Positions 6,201 to 6,209 of a stretch of DNA of 6,209 nucleotides are shown in pieces. The DNA is from Fastidiosibacter lacustris (lineage in GTDB: Bacteria > Pseudomonadota > Gammaproteobacteria > Francisellales > Francisellaceae). The position numbers and the translations under genes were made by a program. Position 1 is the stretch's first letter. Each line of letters opens with the position of its first letter. Below the pieces are notes generated by a model. That model was given only the letters and a program-made list of their open reading frames with translations, did not search any database and was not told the DNA's origin. The DNA lies in the NCBI RefSeq assembly GCF_003428155.1, contig NZ_QLIR01000034.1, positions 1-6,209 on the forward strand, in the 5' to 3' direction.

Positions 6201-6209
6201 TTTCTTGGA
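1..6209 (+). CDS. Internal fragment (both ends outside the window) of a giant repetitive extracellular adhesin-like protein: DUF4347-like domain, then 3 x [7-bladed FG-GAP-like beta-propeller + 2 bacterial cadherin-like domains]
   Basis: Hand translation of frame +1 (nt 1-3 = first codon) runs 2,069 codons to nt 6207 with no stop. It begins NLSAVHIVSHGDVGKLYLGNEALSLD and ends SPIKLVLDPSLFL. All track ORFs are 170 aa or shorter and lie antisense or out of frame inside it. The strongly periodic conserved peptide motifs (SVSLSADGNTVAIGA, GHVRIYSWNG, DIDGE, VNDAP) were read in this frame, whereas the antisense and out-of-frame ORFs in the track are short and low-complexity. A/T-ending codon bias (GAT, GGT, AAT, AGT, TTA) looks uniform across the window. 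Confidence 0.95.
838..910 (+). repeat. Copy 1 of a 73-bp perfect repeat between adjacent blades 3 and 4 of propeller 1 (partner 1018-1090)
   Basis: agaggtcatgtgcggatttatagttggaatggcacaagttgggaacaaaaggggcttgatattgatggtgaag is identical at a 180-nt offset. It crosses the blade boundary (RGHVRIYSWNGTSWEQKGLDIDGE). Confidence 0.9.
1018..1090 (+). repeat. Copy 2 of the 73-bp perfect repeat (partner 838-910)
   Basis: Same comparison as for copy 1. The flanks differ at 837/1017 and 911/1091. Confidence 0.9.
1570..1908 (+). other. Bacterial cadherin-like domain, type A, copy 1 (113 aa)
   Basis: RYTVNEDTTLAMNDISLNDIDGNLSTARLQVTNGVLNVTLSGAAVVSLGANGSNDLTISGTQAEINATLASLSYQGNLNFNGSDTLTLTATDSGSSSAVQLIAINVNAANDAP. 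The N-E-D start, the D-x-D-G-N acidic loop and the terminal V-N-x-x-NDAP junction are typical of cadherin-like, VCBS or tandem-95-type extender domains of giant adhesins. Confidence 0.7.
1630..1893 (+). repeat. Copy 1 of a 264-bp perfect dispersed direct repeat (partner 3574-3837)
   Basis: Base-by-base comparison shows gatggtaatttgtcaactgcacgttta...gcgattaatgtcaatgct is identical in both copies at an offset of exactly 1,944 nt. The near-identical antisense track ORFs 1572-1766 and 3516-3710 corroborate this. Confidence 0.9.
1909..2247 (+). other. Bacterial cadherin-like domain, type B, copy 1 (113 aa)
   Basis: [113 protein letters not shown]. This fits the classic pattern (xEDxxYxFxxxDFxFxDxDGxxLxxVxIxxLPxxGxLxLNGxxVxxxQxIxxAxIxxGxLxFxPxxNxNGxxYAxFxFxVxDG...VTPVNDAP) seen in many hemolysin-type or giant cadherin-like proteins. 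Confidence 0.8.
2584..2673 (+). repeat. Copy 1 of a 90-bp repeat with 1 mismatch between blades 2 and 3 of propeller 2 (partner 2755-2844)
   Basis: The offset is 171 nt. The only mismatch is 2593 (a) vs 2764 (c), and 2594-2673 vs 2765-2844 is an 80-bp perfect match. It encodes GHVRIYSWNGANWVPKGGDIDGEAANNYSG and crosses the blade boundary. Confidence 0.9.
2755..2844 (+). repeat. Copy 2 of the 90-bp repeat (partner 2584-2673)
   Basis: Same comparison as for copy 1. Confidence 0.9.
3514..3852 (+). other. Bacterial cadherin-like domain, type A, copy 2 (113 aa)
   Basis: RYTVNEDTALAINNISINDVDGNLSTARLQVTNGVLNVTLSGAAVVSLGANGSNDLTISGTQAEINATLASLSYQGNLNFNGSDTLTLTATDSGSSSAVQLIAINVNAINDAP. It differs from copy 1 at only a handful of residues, and 264 nt of it are identical to copy 1. 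Confidence 0.7.
3574..3837 (+). repeat. Copy 2 of the 264-bp perfect dispersed direct repeat (partner 1630-1893)
   Basis: Same comparison as for copy 1. Identity stops at 3838 (atc vs gcc) and, on the 5' side, at 3573. Confidence 0.9.
3853..4239 (+). other. Cadherin-like or Ig-like extender domain, type C (~129 aa), unique in this window
   Basis: ILTAPVTNIVLEEGHDLTFNGANLISVSDVDATQLTINFLVNDGILILPSVSGLTFLNGTTNNSANIQFSGTLSAISDALTGMIYRPNANFTGSVTLMIVVSDMGQTGTGGTQLANKNVSIDVMGFNQP. The layout is like type A (acidic SVSDVDA loop, x-NDG-x-L-x-L, G-T-x-x-x-I-x-x-A-L-x-x-h-x-Y-x-P-x-x-N-F-x-G, then a TL-x-h-x-V-x-D strand), but the sequence is clearly distinct and it ends in NQP rather than NDAP. Confidence 0.55.
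4495..4739 (+). repeat. Copy 1 of a 245-bp near-perfect direct repeat spanning parts of two blades (partner 4834-5078)
   Basis: The offset is 339 nt. There is a single mismatch at 4535 (g) vs 4874 (c), and 4536-4739 vs 4875-5078 is a 204-bp perfect match. It covers ...VSLSADGNTVAIG(G/A)PYNDGNDFGHVRIYNWTGAVWEQKGLDINGDGVEDHFGWSVSLSADGNTVAIATPHDDNANGNDAGHV. Confidence 0.9.
4834..5078 (+). repeat. Copy 2 of the 245-bp near-perfect direct repeat (partner 4495-4739)
   Basis: Same comparison as for copy 1. Identity breaks at 5079 (g vs a at 4740), after which the blades differ (KWNGSVWVQ vs SWNTATSTWEQ). Confidence 0.9.
5431..5769 (+). other. Bacterial cadherin-like domain, type A, copy 3 (113 aa, diverged)
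   Basis: LYEVNEDAPLTINGLSVSDVDGNLESARLQVTNGRLNITLSGATVISAGSNGSSDLTLTGTQTDINATLASLIYQGNLNFNGSDTLTVTATDDMAFTRTQSIDITIHEVADLP. It is colinear with copies 1 and 2 and has the same length, but its terminal junction is degenerate (HEVADLP instead of VNAxNDAP). Confidence 0.7.
5770..6108 (+). other. Bacterial cadherin-like domain, type B, copy 2 (113 aa)
   Basis: [113 protein letters not shown]. It is colinear with 1909-2247. The DNA is nearly identical only in two short islands: 2110-2144 vs 5971-6005 (1 mismatch) and 2219-2244 vs 6080-6105 (exact). Confidence 0.8.
6109..6209 (+). other. Start of a further domain, truncated by the window edge; type not assignable
   Basis: SISGLTTSSPYTESAADDSISPIKLVLDPSLFL follows directly after a VNDAP junction. 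It does not start like a propeller (no QLG-x-DIDGE) and does not look like type A or B. Confidence 0.3.

Noticed and set aside
1-6209. Possibility that the locus is a pseudogene or contains frameshifts, an IS or a prophage insertion
   Set aside because: There is no stop or frame change in 2,069 codons, the domain boundaries are regular, and I found no inverted repeats, transposase-like or integrase-like sequence. All repeats are direct, in frame and explained by the protein modules.

Overview
The whole 6,209-nt window lies inside one uninterrupted + strand reading frame (frame +1, 2,069 sense codons). It has no start or stop codon in the window, which is probably why the supplied ORF track does not list it. 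I translated it by hand. It is an internal piece of a giant, highly repetitive, Cys-poor, Asp/Gly/Ser/Asn/Thr-rich extracellular adhesin-like protein. Order of parts: (i) the C-terminal ~95 aa of a DUF4347-like domain (nt 1-288); (ii) three super-repeats of about 1.9 kb. Each super-repeat is a block of exactly seven FG-GAP-like beta-propeller blades (162-186 nt each, motif G-x-SVSLSADGNTVAIGA...GHVRIYSWNG..W.QKG.DIDGE) followed by two bacterial cadherin-like domains of about 113-129 aa joined at VNDAP-type junctions; (iii) the start of a further domain at the right edge. On top of this old modular duplication there are very recent DNA-level homogenisation tracts: 264 bp identical at a 1,944-nt offset, 245 bp with 1 mismatch at a 339-nt offset, and shorter tracts between adjacent blades. 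All ORFs in the track are antisense or out-of-frame artefacts of this repetitive gene. I see no RNA genes, CRISPR array, mobile element, intergenic region, promoter or terminator. No multi-gene system is visible. What is unusual is the architecture and the intragenic repeat dynamics of this one gene. The sequence is roughly 40% GC by eye with A/T-ending codon preference, and I cannot assign a taxon. All family names come from motif recognition and need HMM or structure confirmation.
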